This document shows positions 49,499-60,074 of a DNA stretch of 64,000 nucleotides, one piece after another. The notes beneath the pieces were generated by a model. That model was not told the origin of the DNA. It did no database searches and saw only the letters and a list, made by a program, of their open reading frames with translations. Every line of letters starts with the position of its first letter. Within the stretch, counting starts at the first letter, position 1. The DNA is from Minisyncoccota bacterium. GTDB taxonomy: Bacteria; Patescibacteriota; Minisyncoccia; Phycocordibacterales; JABAAK01. The stretch lies in NCBI GenBank assembly GCA_965222235.1, contig OZ244939.1, positions 248,585 to 312,584 of the forward strand, in the 5' to 3' direction. The translations under genes were made by a program, and so were the position numbers.

Positions 49499-51619
49499 AT
49501 GAAATCCACAGCACAGAGTCTTGAAGAATACCTGCGGCGCCCAAAAAAGGCGACCCTTGCAGGGCTTAAACGATTCGGCATACACACCGTCCGCGATCTG
49601 CTTTATCACTTCCCCAGCCGGTATGCCGGCGCCGCGGAGATATTCGTCGGCGTCCTTGAGCCGAATAAGCATTTCACCATTATCGGCACCGTGCAAACGA
49701 TGCGCATGCGGAAAACTCGCGGCACGAGACGGGTGATGATCGCCGAGGCAACCGTCATAGCGGAAGGGGCGAAGATACCGGTCATCTGGTTCAACCAGCC
49801 CTACATCGCCAGGCAGTTTGCCGCCGGCGACACAGTGACTGTGTCGGGGAAAACGGCGGGTACAAAAAAAATATATCTCACCAACCCGATCATAAAACAC
49901 ACACAGCACGCGGAAGAGGGTGCGGAGACACGAAAAGAGCTCATCGCCGTATACCCGGAAACGGGCGGCATATCGTCAACATGGCTGTCGGAAACTGTCG
50001 GACAACTACTTGCGGAAGACACGGTAAAGCGTATGCCGGATCCACTGCCGGAGAATATGCGCAAAGGCCTGAAACTTCCCGGAATCTACGACGCATTGGT
50101 GTACATCCACAAGCCGAGAAATGATGACGATCATCAGGCGGCAAAAAAACGCTTTATCTTTGAAAAGACGCTGATCATGTTCACCATACAGCAGATGAGA
50201 AAACATGAACATATGGAATCAAAGGCGTATGCCATGCACATAGACACCGGACAGGCCGACGCATTCATGGCCGACCGGCTTTCGTTCAGGCCGACCGGCG
50301 ATCAGAAAAAGGCCGTGCAGGATATCCTGAACGACATACAGAAAGACAAGCCCATGGCGCGCCTTCTTGAAGGCGATGTCGGTTCCGGAAAAACCGTCGT
50401 CGCGGCGGCAGTCATGCACAGCGCCGTTACCGCGCGGCCCGAAGAGCGGACCAGCGGCAGACCCCAGATTGCCTACCTCGCGCCGACCGATGTGCTCGCC
50501 AAGCAGCAGTTCCATGCGATAATGGACCTCTTCTCCCACCTCCCCATCACCATCGGCTATATCAGCGGAAAAACATGCCTTAAATATCCGTCAAAGATAA
50601 ATCCGAACGGGGCGACCGCTGTCAGCAAGGCGCAGCTGAAAAAATGGATAGCATCGGGCGAGGTCGTCGTCCTGTTCGGCACCCACGCTATGATTCAGAA
50701 AGATATACAGTTTCAGCGGCTCGCACTCGCCGTCATAGATGAGCAGCATCGCTTCGGCGTCGCCCAACGCCAGTCGCTCATCAGCCTCGCAGAAACACAC
50801 CGTCCGCACCTGCTTTCAATGACCGCCACCCCTATCCCCAGAACGCTGGCGCTCACCATCTACGGAGATTTGGACATCAGCGTCCTTGAAGATATGCCGA
50901 AAGAGAGAAAAACGGTGCGGACAAAACTTGTCAGCTCAGCGAAAAAACAGGAGGTATATGACCACATCAGAGAAGAAATCGCGAAGGGGCACCAGGCGTA
51001 TATTCTCTGCCCGCGCATTGAGGAAAGCGATGATTCACCGCTGAGATCCGTGGAAGAGGAATATGCGCATCTGGTAAATACCGTCTTCCCGGACATGACT
51101 ATAGTGATGCTGCACGGAAAAATGAAACCAAAAGAAAAACAGGAAATCATGGAACGCTTCACTGACGGCACTGTACACATACTCGTGTGTACAACTGTCA
51201 TTGAAGTCGGTATCAATGTGCCTAATGCAACCATTGTTGCCATACTGCACGCCGAGCGGTTCGGACTCGCACAGCTGCACCAAATCCGCGGACGGGTCAT
51301 ACGCAGTAGCCACCAACCGTATTGCTACGCAATCACCGACAGCACGGGAGAAAACACGCTGGAGCGGCTAAACATATTTGAAACAGAGCATAACGGATTC
51401 ATCCTCGCACAGAAGGACCTTGATATGCGCGGTTCGGGCGAGATTGCCGGACTCAGGCAGTCGGGCATACCGGATCTGGTGGTGGAAGGGTTACGGAACC
51501 AAAAACTGGTCGCCTTGGCGCAGCAGGAAGCAAAAAACATCATTGATCGGGATCCGGAATTGAAACGGCACCGGGAACTTCGCATCTGCATACAGCAGGA
51601 TACGACACACCGGGAATAA
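49499..51619 (+). CDS. recG: ATP-dependent DNA helicase RecG
   Basis: RLLEGDVGSGKT, DEQHRFGV, MTATPIPRTL, ERFGLAQLHQIRGRV. Confidence 0.96.
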   Translation: MKSTAQSLEEYLRRPKKATLAGLKRFGIHTVRDLLYHFPSRYAGAAEIFVGVLEPNKHFTIIGTVQTMRMRKTRGTRRVMIAEATVIAEGAKIPVIWFNQPYIARQFAAGDTVTVSGKTAGTKKIYLTNPIIKHTQHAEEGAETRKELIAVYPETGGISSTWLSETVGQLLAEDTVKRMPDPLPENMRKGLKLPGIYDALVYIHKPRNDDDHQAAKKRFIFEKTLIMFTIQQMRKHEHMESKAYAMHIDTGQADAFMADRLSFRPTGDQKKAVQDILNDIQKDKPMARLLEGDVGSGKTVVAAAVMHSAVTARPEERTSGRPQIAYLAPTDVLAKQQFHAIMDLFSHLPITIGYISGKTCLKYPSKINPNGATAVSKAQLKKWIASGEVVVLFGTHAMIQKDIQFQRLALAVIDEQHRFGVAQRQSLISLAETHRPHLLSMTATPIPRTLALTIYGDLDISVLEDMPKERKTVRTKLVSSAKKQEVYDHIREEIAKGHQAYILCPRIEESDDSPLRSVEEEYAHLVNTVFPDMTIVMLHGKMKPKEKQEIMERFTDGTVHILVCTTVIEVGINVPNATIVAILHAERFGLAQLHQIRGRVIRSSHQPYCYAITDSTGENTLERLNIFETEHNGFILAQKDLDMRGSGEIAGLRQSGIPDLVVEGLRNQKLVALAQQEAKNIIDRDPELKRHRELRICIQQDTTHRE

Positions 51620-52162
51620 TTAATCCCGGACAAACGGAATACCGATATGCTTAAAAAATGCAGTTGCCTCCTCGCGGTCCTGCGCCGAAGTAACGATTGT
51701 TATTGACAGACCGAACACATCCTGCAGATTTTCGTCGGGCGTCTCGGGAAATATAGTATGTTCCGGTATGCCGATAGTCAGATTGCCCATCTCATCCACG
51801 GAGGTGCGGGGAATGCCGCGGAAGTCGCGCATACGCGGTATCGCTATATTAATCAGGCGGTCAAGAAAACTGTGCATGTTCCTGCCGCGAAGCGTGACCA
51901 TGTAGCCGATAACCTCGCCCTCACGGAGTTTGAACGAAGCGATGGAAAGTCGCGCCTTTCTGGGCGCCGGCTTCTGCCCCGTGATTTTCGCAAGGCGGTT
52001 CTGAACGAGTTCAATTCGCTGCTTGTCCTTGCGCACCCGTCCGGTGCCGGTTGAGACGACGACCTTTTTCAGGCGGGGACGCTGCATCGGATTGTTCCAT
52101 GAAAACACACCCTTCAGTGCGTCAAATGTTTTTTTAATAGTTGTCTCGAGTGTCGTTGTCAT
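51620..52162 (-). CDS. rplE: 50S ribosomal protein L5
   Basis: ITGQKP, FKLREG, PRMRDFRG. Confidence 0.97.
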   Translation of the reverse strand: MTTTLETTIKKTFDALKGVFSWNNPMQRPRLKKVVVSTGTGRVRKDKQRIELVQNRLAKITGQKPAPRKARLSIASFKLREGEVIGYMVTLRGRNMHSFLDRLINIAIPRMRDFRGIPRTSVDEMGNLTIGIPEHTIFPETPDENLQDVFGLSITIVTSAQDREEATAFFKHIGIPFVRD

Positions 52163-52165
52163 ATG

Positions 52166-52510
52166 CTATTTTCCTCCGGCTTTCTTCACCGCTTTCTTCG
52201 CGCCGCCGATCACGGTTCCGCTTTTCCGCGCTGTCCGCTGCTTGTCTCTGCCGGTACCGGTATATGCGATTCTCGTTGGTTTCTTCGTTTTCGAATCAAG
52301 AATCGCCACGTTTGAAATATTGATCGGCCCCTCCTTTTTGACTATACTTCCCTTCTCCCCCTGCGTCCGCGGCTTCCGGTGCATCGTTCGGATATTGACA
52401 CCGGCGACGATAACGGCATCGCGCTCGTGCAGCACACGCAATACCTCGCCGACCCTGCTTCTGTCGGATCCTTTAAGAACGGTTACGGTATCTCCCTTTC
52501 GTATTCTCAT
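52166..52510 (-). CDS. rplX: 50S ribosomal protein L24
   Basis: IRKGDTV, EGPINISNV. Confidence 0.96.
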   Translation of the reverse strand: MRIRKGDTVTVLKGSDRSRVGEVLRVLHERDAVIVAGVNIRTMHRKPRTQGEKGSIVKKEGPINISNVAILDSKTKKPTRIAYTGTGRDKQRTARKSGTVIGGAKKAVKKAGGK

Positions 52511-52520
52511 AAGTTATGTG

Positions 52521-52892
52521 TTATACCACCTCGGGAGCCATGGAGATAATACGCTTGTATCCCGCTTTCTCAAGCTCGCGGGGAACCGGACCGAAGATAC
52601 GGGTCGCCTGCGGCTCCTTCTTTTTTCTGTCCACCACAACAACGGCGTTCTCATTGAACGATACATACGATCCGTCGCCGCGACGGAACGGCTTCTTCTG
52701 GCGCACGACCACCGCATGCACCACCTGCTTCTTTTTGATATTCTTGCGCGGTTCCGCTTCCCGCACGGAACACACCACTTCGTCACCGATGTGTGCGTAC
52801 CGGCGCCGCGTTCCGCCGAGCACCTTAAACACCCGGCACATACGCGCTCCGGAATTGTCAGTTACTCTTACGATTGTCTGCGGCTGTATCAT
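52521..52892 (-). CDS. rplN: 50S ribosomal protein L14
   Basis: MIQ..DNSGAR, TRIFGPVPREL, MAPEV. Confidence 0.97.
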   Translation of the reverse strand: MIQPQTIVRVTDNSGARMCRVFKVLGGTRRRYAHIGDEVVCSVREAEPRKNIKKKQVVHAVVVRQKKPFRRGDGSYVSFNENAVVVVDRKKKEPQATRIFGPVPRELEKAGYKRIISMAPEVV

Positions 52893-52898
52893 ATGCGG

Positions 52899-53156
52899 TT
52901 ATGCGGCGGATTCCGCTACAATGCGGAAATGTTTCTGTTTTGATATCGGACGGCATGACTCTATGACCACACGCTTGCCGACAGAAATGCCGCCGGGCGC
53001 ATGCGCCTGATACCGCTTCGTAATCCGGCGGTACTTGCCGTATATGGGATGCTTCACATACCGATCCACCGCAACAACGACCGTATCCTGCATCTTGGCG
53101 GACACGACGGTTCCCCGGAGTGTCTTTTTATTCACTGTTTTGGCATCCTGTGTCAT
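52899..53156 (-). CDS. rpsQ: 30S ribosomal protein S17
   Basis: GTVVSAKMQDTVVV, HPIYGK, RPISK. Confidence 0.96.
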   Translation of the reverse strand: MTQDAKTVNKKTLRGTVVSAKMQDTVVVAVDRYVKHPIYGKYRRITKRYQAHAPGGISVGKRVVIESCRPISKQKHFRIVAESAA

Positions 53157-53164
53157 ATATACCC

Positions 53165-53392
53165 CTATGTTACACGAGAAGTGTCCTTGCCGCCAGTATC
53201 CCTCCGCAGCGCTTTCAGCGCGGTCGCCGTGCGGGCTATGTCCCTGCGGAGCATGCGGCGCTTCGCGGTCCGTCGTTGCACCTCGGGCGAGAAGCGGAAT
53301 CGCGCCTGCTGCAAATCCTTTTTCTTGCCGCGGATGGCGGTGATGAGTGATTCCTTACTCGCTGGTTTTTGTTCTGATTTCTTCTTTATCAT
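53165..53392 (-). CDS. rpmC: 50S ribosomal protein L29
   Basis: Between rplP and rpsQ; RRDIAR. Confidence 0.85.
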   Translation of the reverse strand: MIKKKSEQKPASKESLITAIRGKKKDLQQARFRFSPEVQRRTAKRRMLRRDIARTATALKALRRDTGGKDTSRVT

Positions 53393-53395
53393 ATG

Positions 53396-53818
53396 TTATA
53401 TGTCTTTGACGACAAACTTCGTCCTGACGGGCAGTTTCTTCCCCGCCTTGGTGAGCGCGGTCCGCGCGAGCTGTTCCGACACGCCCGACACTTCAAACAG
53501 CACCCGTCCCGGCAGCACCTCAACCTCAAATCCTTGTGGATCGCCCTTGCCCTTGCCCATGCCGACTTCAGCGGCCTTCTGCGTCCACGGTCGGTCGGGG
53601 AATATGCGGATCCACATACGGCCGGTTTTTCCCATTGTGCGGGAGATGACCCGGCGGCTCGCCTCTATCTGATTACTTCTGATGCGCGCCGGAGTCACCG
53701 CCTTTATGCCGTATGAGCCGAAGTTAATCTTCGTACCGCGATCCGCGATCCGTACCTTCTTCGGATTCCTGCGCATACGCTGAAAACGGCGGTACTTTAC
53801 TTTCTTCGGAAACAACAT
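53396..53818 (-). CDS. rplP: 50S ribosomal protein L16
   Basis: MLFPKKVKYR, IRIFPD, MGKGKG. Confidence 0.97.
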   Translation of the reverse strand: MLFPKKVKYRRFQRMRRNPKKVRIADRGTKINFGSYGIKAVTPARIRSNQIEASRRVISRTMGKTGRMWIRIFPDRPWTQKAAEVGMGKGKGDPQGFEVEVLPGRVLFEVSGVSEQLARTALTKAGKKLPVRTKFVVKDI

Positions 53819-53819
53819 A

Positions 53820-54473
53820 CTATTTTTTTACAATCTCTCCTTTATATATCCATACCTTGATGCCGAGTGTGCCGTACGACATCACCACCTCCTTATGCGC
53901 ATAATCAATGTCCGCACGCAGTGTCTGCAGCGGAACCTTGCCGCGCTTCACTTCCTCACTCCGCGCAATCTCCGCGCCACCGAGCCGTCCGGCGACGAGA
54001 ATACGGCAGCCCTTTACACTTCTGTTCGCCATCACCTTTTCTATGGTGTGCTTAATCACGCGATTGTGGTGCATGTGCTGTTTCAGCGACTTGGCGACGG
54101 ATTCGGCAACCAGCACCGCGTCCTGATCAACATACCGCACCTCCTCAATGCGGATGTTGATCGTTTCGTTCAGTCCGTTTTTCTTCGCGAACTGTTTGGT
54201 GCGACGGATGAGCGCGTCAATGCCCGCGCCTTCGCGTCCGATGATGAGACCGGGTCGGGATGTTTTTATAGTCACCACCAGCGTCTCCCGGTCCCGTTCA
54301 AACAGTATAGCGCTCACCGCCTTGTCCTTCAGGTTCTTTTCAAGAAAGGTGCGGATGAGATGGTCTTCCCGCAACATCTTACAGTATTTCTTCCGGTTGC
54401 CCGCGAACCACTGCACCCGCCAGTCACGGGTGATGCCTAATCGGAAACCGTACGGATGTGCTGTATGTGTCAT
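53820..54473 (-). CDS. rpsC: 30S ribosomal protein S3
   Basis: HPYGFRLG, GRLGGAEIAR, PLQTLRADIDY, GIKVWI. Confidence 0.97.
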   Translation of the reverse strand: MTHTAHPYGFRLGITRDWRVQWFAGNRKKYCKMLREDHLIRTFLEKNLKDKAVSAILFERDRETLVVTIKTSRPGLIIGREGAGIDALIRRTKQFAKKNGLNETINIRIEEVRYVDQDAVLVAESVAKSLKQHMHHNRVIKHTIEKVMANRSVKGCRILVAGRLGGAEIARSEEVKRGKVPLQTLRADIDYAHKEVVMSYGTLGIKVWIYKGEIVKK

Positions 54474-54477
54474 ATGT

Positions 54478-54795
54478 CTATTGCAGTATTATGTGTATAG
54501 TGCTTGTTCGCTTGCGCAGCGGAGTCGCCCTGCCGAATGCGCGCGGACGCCAGCGCTTGAAGATGATGCCCTCATTGATAGTGATACCGGCGACCGTCAG
54601 GTCATCGGCGTTTTTCCCCGCATGCTTCGCGTTGTGCGCCGCGGACTGAATGAGCTTCTGCAGCGGTCCGGCCGCCTTCTTGTCAAGCAGACGCAGTGAC
54701 TCAAGCGCATGCGGCACTTTTTTGCCGCGGACCGCGCCCGCAATCAGGCGAACCTTCCTCGGTGACTGCCGGTAGTTTTTCAGTATTGCTTTCAT
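54478..54795 (-). CDS. rplV: 50S ribosomal protein L22
   Basis: RQSPRKVRL, PRAFGRA. Confidence 0.96.
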   Translation of the reverse strand: MKAILKNYRQSPRKVRLIAGAVRGKKVPHALESLRLLDKKAAGPLQKLIQSAAHNAKHAGKNADDLTVAGITINEGIIFKRWRPRAFGRATPLRKRTSTIHIILQ

Positions 54796-54802
54796 ATATA
54801 TA

Positions 54803-55132
54803 TTATTTTGTCGTGCGCACCGCCTTTGCCGCCGCAATCTCCGCCTGCTTCACGGCTTCATCGGATGCCTTCTGCAGCTTACCGCCGTGGCGCAGGAATT
54901 TCTTTGACGGCGCGAACTCTCCGAAACGGTGACCGACCATATCCTCGGTGACCAGCACATCAACATGGACTTTGCCATTGTGCACGCCGAATGTGAAACC
55001 GATCATCTCGGGGGAAATCTGACTCCGACGCGCCCATATATTGATTACACCGGCATCTTCCGGTTTCTTTCCCGTGACCTTTTTCAACACCTTATTGTCA
55101 ACAAACGGTCCTTTTTTTACTGATCTCGTCAT
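54803..55132 (-). CDS. rpsS: 30S ribosomal protein S19
   Basis: [23 protein letters not shown]. Confidence 0.96.
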   Translation of the reverse strand: MTRSVKKGPFVDNKVLKKVTGKKPEDAGVINIWARRSQISPEMIGFTFGVHNGKVHVDVLVTEDMVGHRFGEFAPSKKFLRHGGKLQKASDEAVKQAEIAAAKAVRTTK

Positions 55133-55182
55133 ATGTCTACCGGAATATATATACTGTAGCCGAGAGAACGGTATTCTGCAAG

Positions 55183-56040
55183 TTATGACCGCCGTTTCTT
55201 CGCCAATTGCCTGCGGCGGACAATGTGTGTGTCGGAGTATCGCTTCGGGTGCCGGGTCTTCTGCCCCTTGCCGGACGGCTTGCCCCATTTGGTAACCGCC
55301 CGCCTCCTGCCGCGGCCCTGCCGGCCTTCACCGCCGCCGTGCGGGTGGTCAACGGGATTCATTGCGTTGCCACGGACCGTCGGCCGCTTTCCCATCCAGC
55401 GATGACGCCCGGCTTTGCCGACCACGCGGAGGTGATGCTCCTTGTTGCCGACGGATCCGACCGACGCGAAACAGGCAGCCGGCACTTTCCGCACTTCCTT
55501 TGACGGCATGCGGATATGCATAAACGAACCGTCCCGACCGAGCACAACCGCGGCATTGCCCGCCGAGCGCGCGATTTTTGCACCGCCGAGCGACTTGAGC
55601 TCAATGTTGTACACCGCGGTGCCGACGGGAATATGCCTGAGCATCATGCGGTTCCCGGGTTTCAGCGGCGCCTGTTCCGAGGTGATGACAGTGTCGCCGA
55701 CCGCTACTTCCGCGGGCGTGAGCAGGTATCGCCGTTCGCCGTCGCGATAGCAGACGAGAGAAATATATGAACTGCGGTTCGGGTCGTATTCAACGGTCTC
55801 CACTTTCGCCGGAACATCAAATTTGTTCTGAAGAAAGTCAATAGCGCGGTACCGCCGCTTATGCCCGCCGCCGCGGTGGCGCATGGTGATGCGACCGTCA
55901 CTGTTGCGTCCGGAGCCGCGGCGCATACCGCGCACCAGCGGACGGAACGGACTGTTACCTTGTGATAGTATCTTGCGGTACAGCGGGACAACGGTGCCGC
56001 GTATTCCCGGAGTGGTCGGTTTGTATTTCTTGACTGCCAT
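55183..56040 (-). CDS. rplB: 50S ribosomal protein L2
   Basis: [29 protein letters not shown]. Confidence 0.98.
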   Translation of the reverse strand: MAVKKYKPTTPGIRGTVVPLYRKILSQGNSPFRPLVRGMRRGSGRNSDGRITMRHRGGGHKRRYRAIDFLQNKFDVPAKVETVEYDPNRSSYISLVCYRDGERRYLLTPAEVAVGDTVITSEQAPLKPGNRMMLRHIPVGTAVYNIELKSLGGAKIARSAGNAAVVLGRDGSFMHIRMPSKEVRKVPAACFASVGSVGNKEHHLRVVGKAGRHRWMGKRPTVRGNAMNPVDHPHGGGEGRQGRGRRRAVTKWGKPSGKGQKTRHPKRYSDTHIVRRRQLAKKRRS

Positions 56041-56045
56041 ATGTG

Positions 56046-56528
56046 TTATGTTAACTGTATAGTATCGCCCTTCTTCAGAAAGACATATGCCTTTTTGCGC
56101 TCCGCGGTGTACCCGTACCCGCGCTCCCGTCCGCGGACGCGGAGACGCCGACGCTTCGCCGGAGACTTCGCGATACGCACGCGCATCGGACGGACACCGT
56201 AGAGCGCTTCAACCGCGTCGGCAACGCTGTGTTTGGTTGATGCGCGGCGCACGAAAAATGCATAGACTCCTTTCTCGGACAGTCCCGCAACCTTTTCTGT
56301 CACTACCGGACGGGTGATGGTGTCAAACACACGGACCTGTTCTTTCACCGGCCGCCGCTTCGGGGCATAAAACGATTTTTGTGTGTGCACCGGCCGGCGG
56401 GTTCGGCGCTTGTCTGAGACCGTTCTGCTCTTTTTTGCCCGGCGCACCGGCGCGACATCGGACGGCTGCTCCGGCGTGTCTTTCTTGGGACCCTTGGTGC
56501 TGAATATCTTATCAAAAAACATACGCAA
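56046..56528 (-). CDS. rplW: 50S ribosomal protein L23 with a basic N-terminal extension
   Basis: PVVTEK and KKAYV core after about 65 extra residues. Confidence 0.9.
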   Translation of the reverse strand: MRMFFDKIFSTKGPKKDTPEQPSDVAPVRRAKKSRTVSDKRRTRRPVHTQKSFYAPKRRPVKEQVRVFDTITRPVVTEKVAGLSEKGVYAFFVRRASTKHSVADAVEALYGVRPMRVRIAKSPAKRRRLRVRGRERGYGYTAERKKAYVFLKKGDTIQLT

Positions 56529-56532
56529 TATA

Positions 56533-57204
56533 TTATGACACCGGCACCGGTACGCTCACCGTTTTGCCGCGGGCTTCAAGGGCGGCGACTGTCCGTTCGG
56601 TACCGATGAAGATGAGTTTCTTCGCCGCAAGCACATCCCGGGTATTCAGCGCCTCAAGCGCGACTGTTCGGACACCGGGAAGGTTGGCGAAACTTTTCCT
56701 CGCAGCAATATTGTTCTCCGAAAAGATGATCGTGCAGATATTCTTTCCGGAGATGTCACCGCACAGTGCCGCAACACAGGCGGCGGCGGTTTTTGTTGAC
56801 GGTTCATTGACGGAAAATGTGTCAAGAAATATGAGCGCATCCTGGCGCAGCTTCTCCGAAAGCGCGGTGAAGAGTGCCTTCGCCCGCATCTTCGCGGGTA
56901 TGACGACGGCATATTTTTTCTGATTGTTCGGCCCGAAAGTGACGCCGCCGCCGACCCACAGCGGAGAGCGAATGCTGCCGTGGCGCGCGCGTCCTGTCCC
57001 TTTCTGCCGCCACGGCTTCCGTCCGCCGCCGCGGACATCGCCCGATCCCTTGGTGTGTGCGGTGCCGGCACGGCTGTTGTGCTCAATGCCGACTGCCACC
57101 TGATGCATCAGCGCATCCGTCCACGGAAGCGTGAACAGACGACCCGGAAGATCCAGTGTTCCGTGTTTCTTTCCGTCCTGTGTATATATCATTGCCTGTG
57201 TCAT
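56533..57204 (-). CDS. rplD: 50S ribosomal protein L4
   Basis: [23 protein letters not shown]. Confidence 0.97.
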   Translation of the reverse strand: MTQAMIYTQDGKKHGTLDLPGRLFTLPWTDALMHQVAVGIEHNSRAGTAHTKGSGDVRGGGRKPWRQKGTGRARHGSIRSPLWVGGGVTFGPNNQKKYAVVIPAKMRAKALFTALSEKLRQDALIFLDTFSVNEPSTKTAAACVAALCGDISGKNICTIIFSENNIAARKSFANLPGVRTVALEALNTRDVLAAKKLIFIGTERTVAALEARGKTVSVPVPVS

Positions 57205-57776
57205 ACGCCCTGAATTTCCACCAATGTGCCGTGCCGCCCCGGAATGGATCCGTGCAGCATCAGAAGCCCACGCCCCCTGTCAACCAGCACCACCCTGGTT
57301 CCCTTTACGGTAACTCGGTTGCCCCCCATGCGTCCCGGCATTTTCGTGCCCTTCGGCACGCGCGAACGCAGACCGGAGCCGATTGATCCGGGTTGCCGTT
57401 CATTGTGCTTCTGTCCGTGCGTTCGGGGACCGCCGGCGAAGCCGTACCGCTTCACCACGCCCTGGAACCCCTTCCCTTTGGATGTGGCGCGCACGCGCAC
57501 GACATCGCCCTCAGTGAACATGTCGGCACCGTCAATACTGGCGCCGGGGACATATTCTCCGGAGCCGCGGAACTCCTTCCGGCGCTTCGGACCGGAATGT
57601 TTCCCTTTCTTCTCCGGGCCGTAGCCGACCTGCACCGCATCGTAGCCGTCTTTGTCGGCGGCACGAAGCAGGGTCACGGTGAGCGGTTCAATCGCCACCG
57701 CCGTGACAGGATATACCAACCCGTTTTCATCGAACAGTTGCGTCATCTGTAGTTTTCTGCCTAATGCGAATTTCAT
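57201..57776 (-). CDS. rplC: 50S ribosomal protein L3
   Basis: MTQLF, KGKGFQGVVKR, MPGRMG. Confidence 0.97.
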   Translation of the reverse strand: MKFALGRKLQMTQLFDENGLVYPVTAVAIEPLTVTLLRAADKDGYDAVQVGYGPEKKGKHSGPKRRKEFRGSGEYVPGASIDGADMFTEGDVVRVRATSKGKGFQGVVKRYGFAGGPRTHGQKHNERQPGSIGSGLRSRVPKGTKMPGRMGGNRVTVKGTRVVLVDRGRGLLMLHGSIPGRHGTLVEIQGV

Positions 57777-57835
57777 ATATATATGGGTAGAGGTGAGCGG
57801 CTCAGGACCGGCTTCGTCCGCTGCCTGCGGCTCCG

Positions 57836-58177
57836 CTACGACAGCATCTGCGCTTCAATGGAGACACCGGCGGGCAGCGAAAGACTGCCGAGTGCCTCAA
57901 TCACCTGCGGTGTCGGATGCTCAATGTCCAGCAGGCGGGTGTGCGTGCGCATCTCAAACTGCTCCTGCGATGTCTTGAAGACGAAGGGTGCCCGATTCAC
58001 CGAATATTTCTTCACCTTCGTCGGCAGCGGTATCGGACCGACCACTGTCGCCTCAAGACGGTTCGCCGTCTCCACAATCTGCTTTACCGAAGAATCCAGC
58101 ACGCGGGACTCGTACGCCTGCACGCGGATGCGGATCTTCTGAACATTGGATTTCTTTGTTGCTTTTGCCTGGGCCAT
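57836..58177 (-). CDS. rpsJ: 30S ribosomal protein S10
   Basis: KIRIR, GPIPLPT, EQFEMRTH. Confidence 0.96.
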   Translation of the reverse strand: MAQAKATKKSNVQKIRIRVQAYESRVLDSSVKQIVETANRLEATVVGPIPLPTKVKKYSVNRAPFVFKTSQEQFEMRTHTRLLDIEHPTPQVIEALGSLSLPAGVSIEAQMLS

Positions 58178-58202
58178 AGCTGCTGGATATATGGTGAAAT
58201 AT

Positions 58203-59393
58203 CTACGCGACTATCTTCGTCACCACGCCCGCACCGACAGTCCTGCCGCCCTCGCGAATGGCGAAACGCTGCTGCTCTTCAAGTGCGATAGGGTTGATGA
58301 GTGAGATGGACGCTTTGATGGTGTCCCCCGGCATTGCCATCTCCGTTCCCTGTGCGAGCTTCAGCTCACCGGTCACATCTGTCGTACGGATGTAGAACTG
58401 CGGTTTGTAGCCGTTCAGAATCGGGGTGTGACGACCGCCTTCATCCTTGGAGAGAATGTAAATCTCCGCCTCAAACTCCTTGTGCGGTGTCACGGTTCCC
58501 GGCTTCGCAAGCACCTGCCCGCGGGTCACATCCTCTTTCTTCACGCCCCGGATGAGGATACCGGCATTGTCGCCGGCACGACCTTCATCCAGCTGCTTGT
58601 TGAACATTTCAACACCGGTAACGGTCGTCTTGCTCGTGTCCCTGATGCCGACAATCGCTATCTCCTCGCCGACCTTCACTATGCCGCGCTCAACCTTGCC
58701 GGTCACCACGGTTCCGCGTCCCTCAATGGAGAACACATCCTCAATCGGCATGAGAAACGGCTTGTCGGTGTCGCGCACCGGCTCGGGGAAATACTCGTCC
58801 ATCGCGTTGACCAGATCAAGTATTTTCTGTCCCCACTCGCCGCCCGGATCCTCCAGCGCCTTCAGACCGGAGCCGCGGATGACGGGAGCGTTGTCGCCGT
58901 CAAACTCATATTTGGTGAGGAGTTCCCGCATTTCAACCTCAACGAGGTCAACAATCTCAGGATCGTCCACCATATCGCACTTGTTAATGAACACGATCAA
59001 ATTCGGTACACCGACCTGGCGGGCAAGGAGAATATGCTCTTTGGTCTGGGGCATGGCACCGTCCGATGCCGCGACCACAACGATCGCGCCGTCCATCTGC
59101 GCTGCGCCGGTAATCATGTTTTTGATATAGTCGGCGTGACCGGGCGCATCCACATGCGCATAGTGGCGCTTCGGCGTTTCATATTCATTGTGCGAAAGAG
59201 CGATAGTGATGCCCCGCGCCTTTTCCTCGGGTGCGTTGTCAATACCGTCAACGCCCTTCACGCGCGCGCTGTAGCCGTCCGTCTTGTCAAGGACTGTCAG
59301 GATAGCGGCGGTAAGTGTTGTTTTGCCGTGGTCAACATGACCGACGGTTCCCACATTCACATGGGGTTTGCTTCTGTCAAATGTCTCTGCCAT
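58203..59393 (-). CDS. tuf: Elongation factor Tu
   Basis: [34 protein letters not shown]. Confidence 0.98.
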   Translation of the reverse strand: MAETFDRSKPHVNVGTVGHVDHGKTTLTAAILTVLDKTDGYSARVKGVDGIDNAPEEKARGITIALSHNEYETPKRHYAHVDAPGHADYIKNMITGAAQMDGAIVVVAASDGAMPQTKEHILLARQVGVPNLIVFINKCDMVDDPEIVDLVEVEMRELLTKYEFDGDNAPVIRGSGLKALEDPGGEWGQKILDLVNAMDEYFPEPVRDTDKPFLMPIEDVFSIEGRGTVVTGKVERGIVKVGEEIAIVGIRDTSKTTVTGVEMFNKQLDEGRAGDNAGILIRGVKKEDVTRGQVLAKPGTVTPHKEFEAEIYILSKDEGGRHTPILNGYKPQFYIRTTDVTGELKLAQGTEMAMPGDTIKASISLINPIALEEQQRFAIREGGRTVGAGVVTKIVA

Positions 59394-59666
59394 ATATATA
59401 TTCTGTAAATGAAATAATCTGCATTCAGGGTTTTTTCGCCTTCCGGAAAAGCCGACACACGAATTCGTGTGCAAAAAAGAGCCCCATACACTGCCGCCTT
59501 ACACGACAAGATATATAGTACCGTGATATACCTGCATCAGTCAAGGCGGGTATACACGGAAAGCGGGTATGTGACGCATGAGGTGTGGTGGTGGTGTGGT
59601 GCGGCACTGCCGCATCTTCCACGGTCTGCACCGCCGTCCGACCGTACGGTGGTATACTTACCGCAT

Positions 59667-60074
59667 ATGGATATAAACGAGGGGCTGCACGCTGAGACGG
59701 CGGGGAGTGCCGATTTTGAAAAAAACATGCGCGGTATCGCAGAACAGGTACGGACAAAAGAAACGCCGTCTTCGTCGGAAAAAAAACGCGGAGAGCTGGA
59801 GCACATTCGGCGCGAACTGCATGAAACCTACGCAACCGCGGAGCAGGACGGACCCATATCACCCGCGGCGGATCCGGGCGGCGGGTATCTGGACGGGGTT
59901 GACCGGGAATATCGGGAACAGGTTGCGTCCCTGGTCAGCCGCGCGGTCAGCGACGGGATTCCCGCGGCCGTAACGGAGGCGCAGAAGCGGAACGATCCGT
60001 ATCTCATGGACTCCTTTCATGACGCACTCGCCCGCTTTCTTCATCAGAAGATGCAGGAGAATAACTTACTATGA
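59667..60074 (+). CDS. Hypothetical protein coupled to the downstream ATPase
   Basis: -10 box TATACT before ATG 59667; ATGA overlap with 60071; DPYLMDSFHDAL. Confidence 0.72.
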   Translation: MDINEGLHAETAGSADFEKNMRGIAEQVRTKETPSSSEKKRGELEHIRRELHETYATAEQDGPISPAADPGGGYLDGVDREYREQVASLVSRAVSDGIPAAVTEAQKRNDPYLMDSFHDALARFLHQKMQENNLL

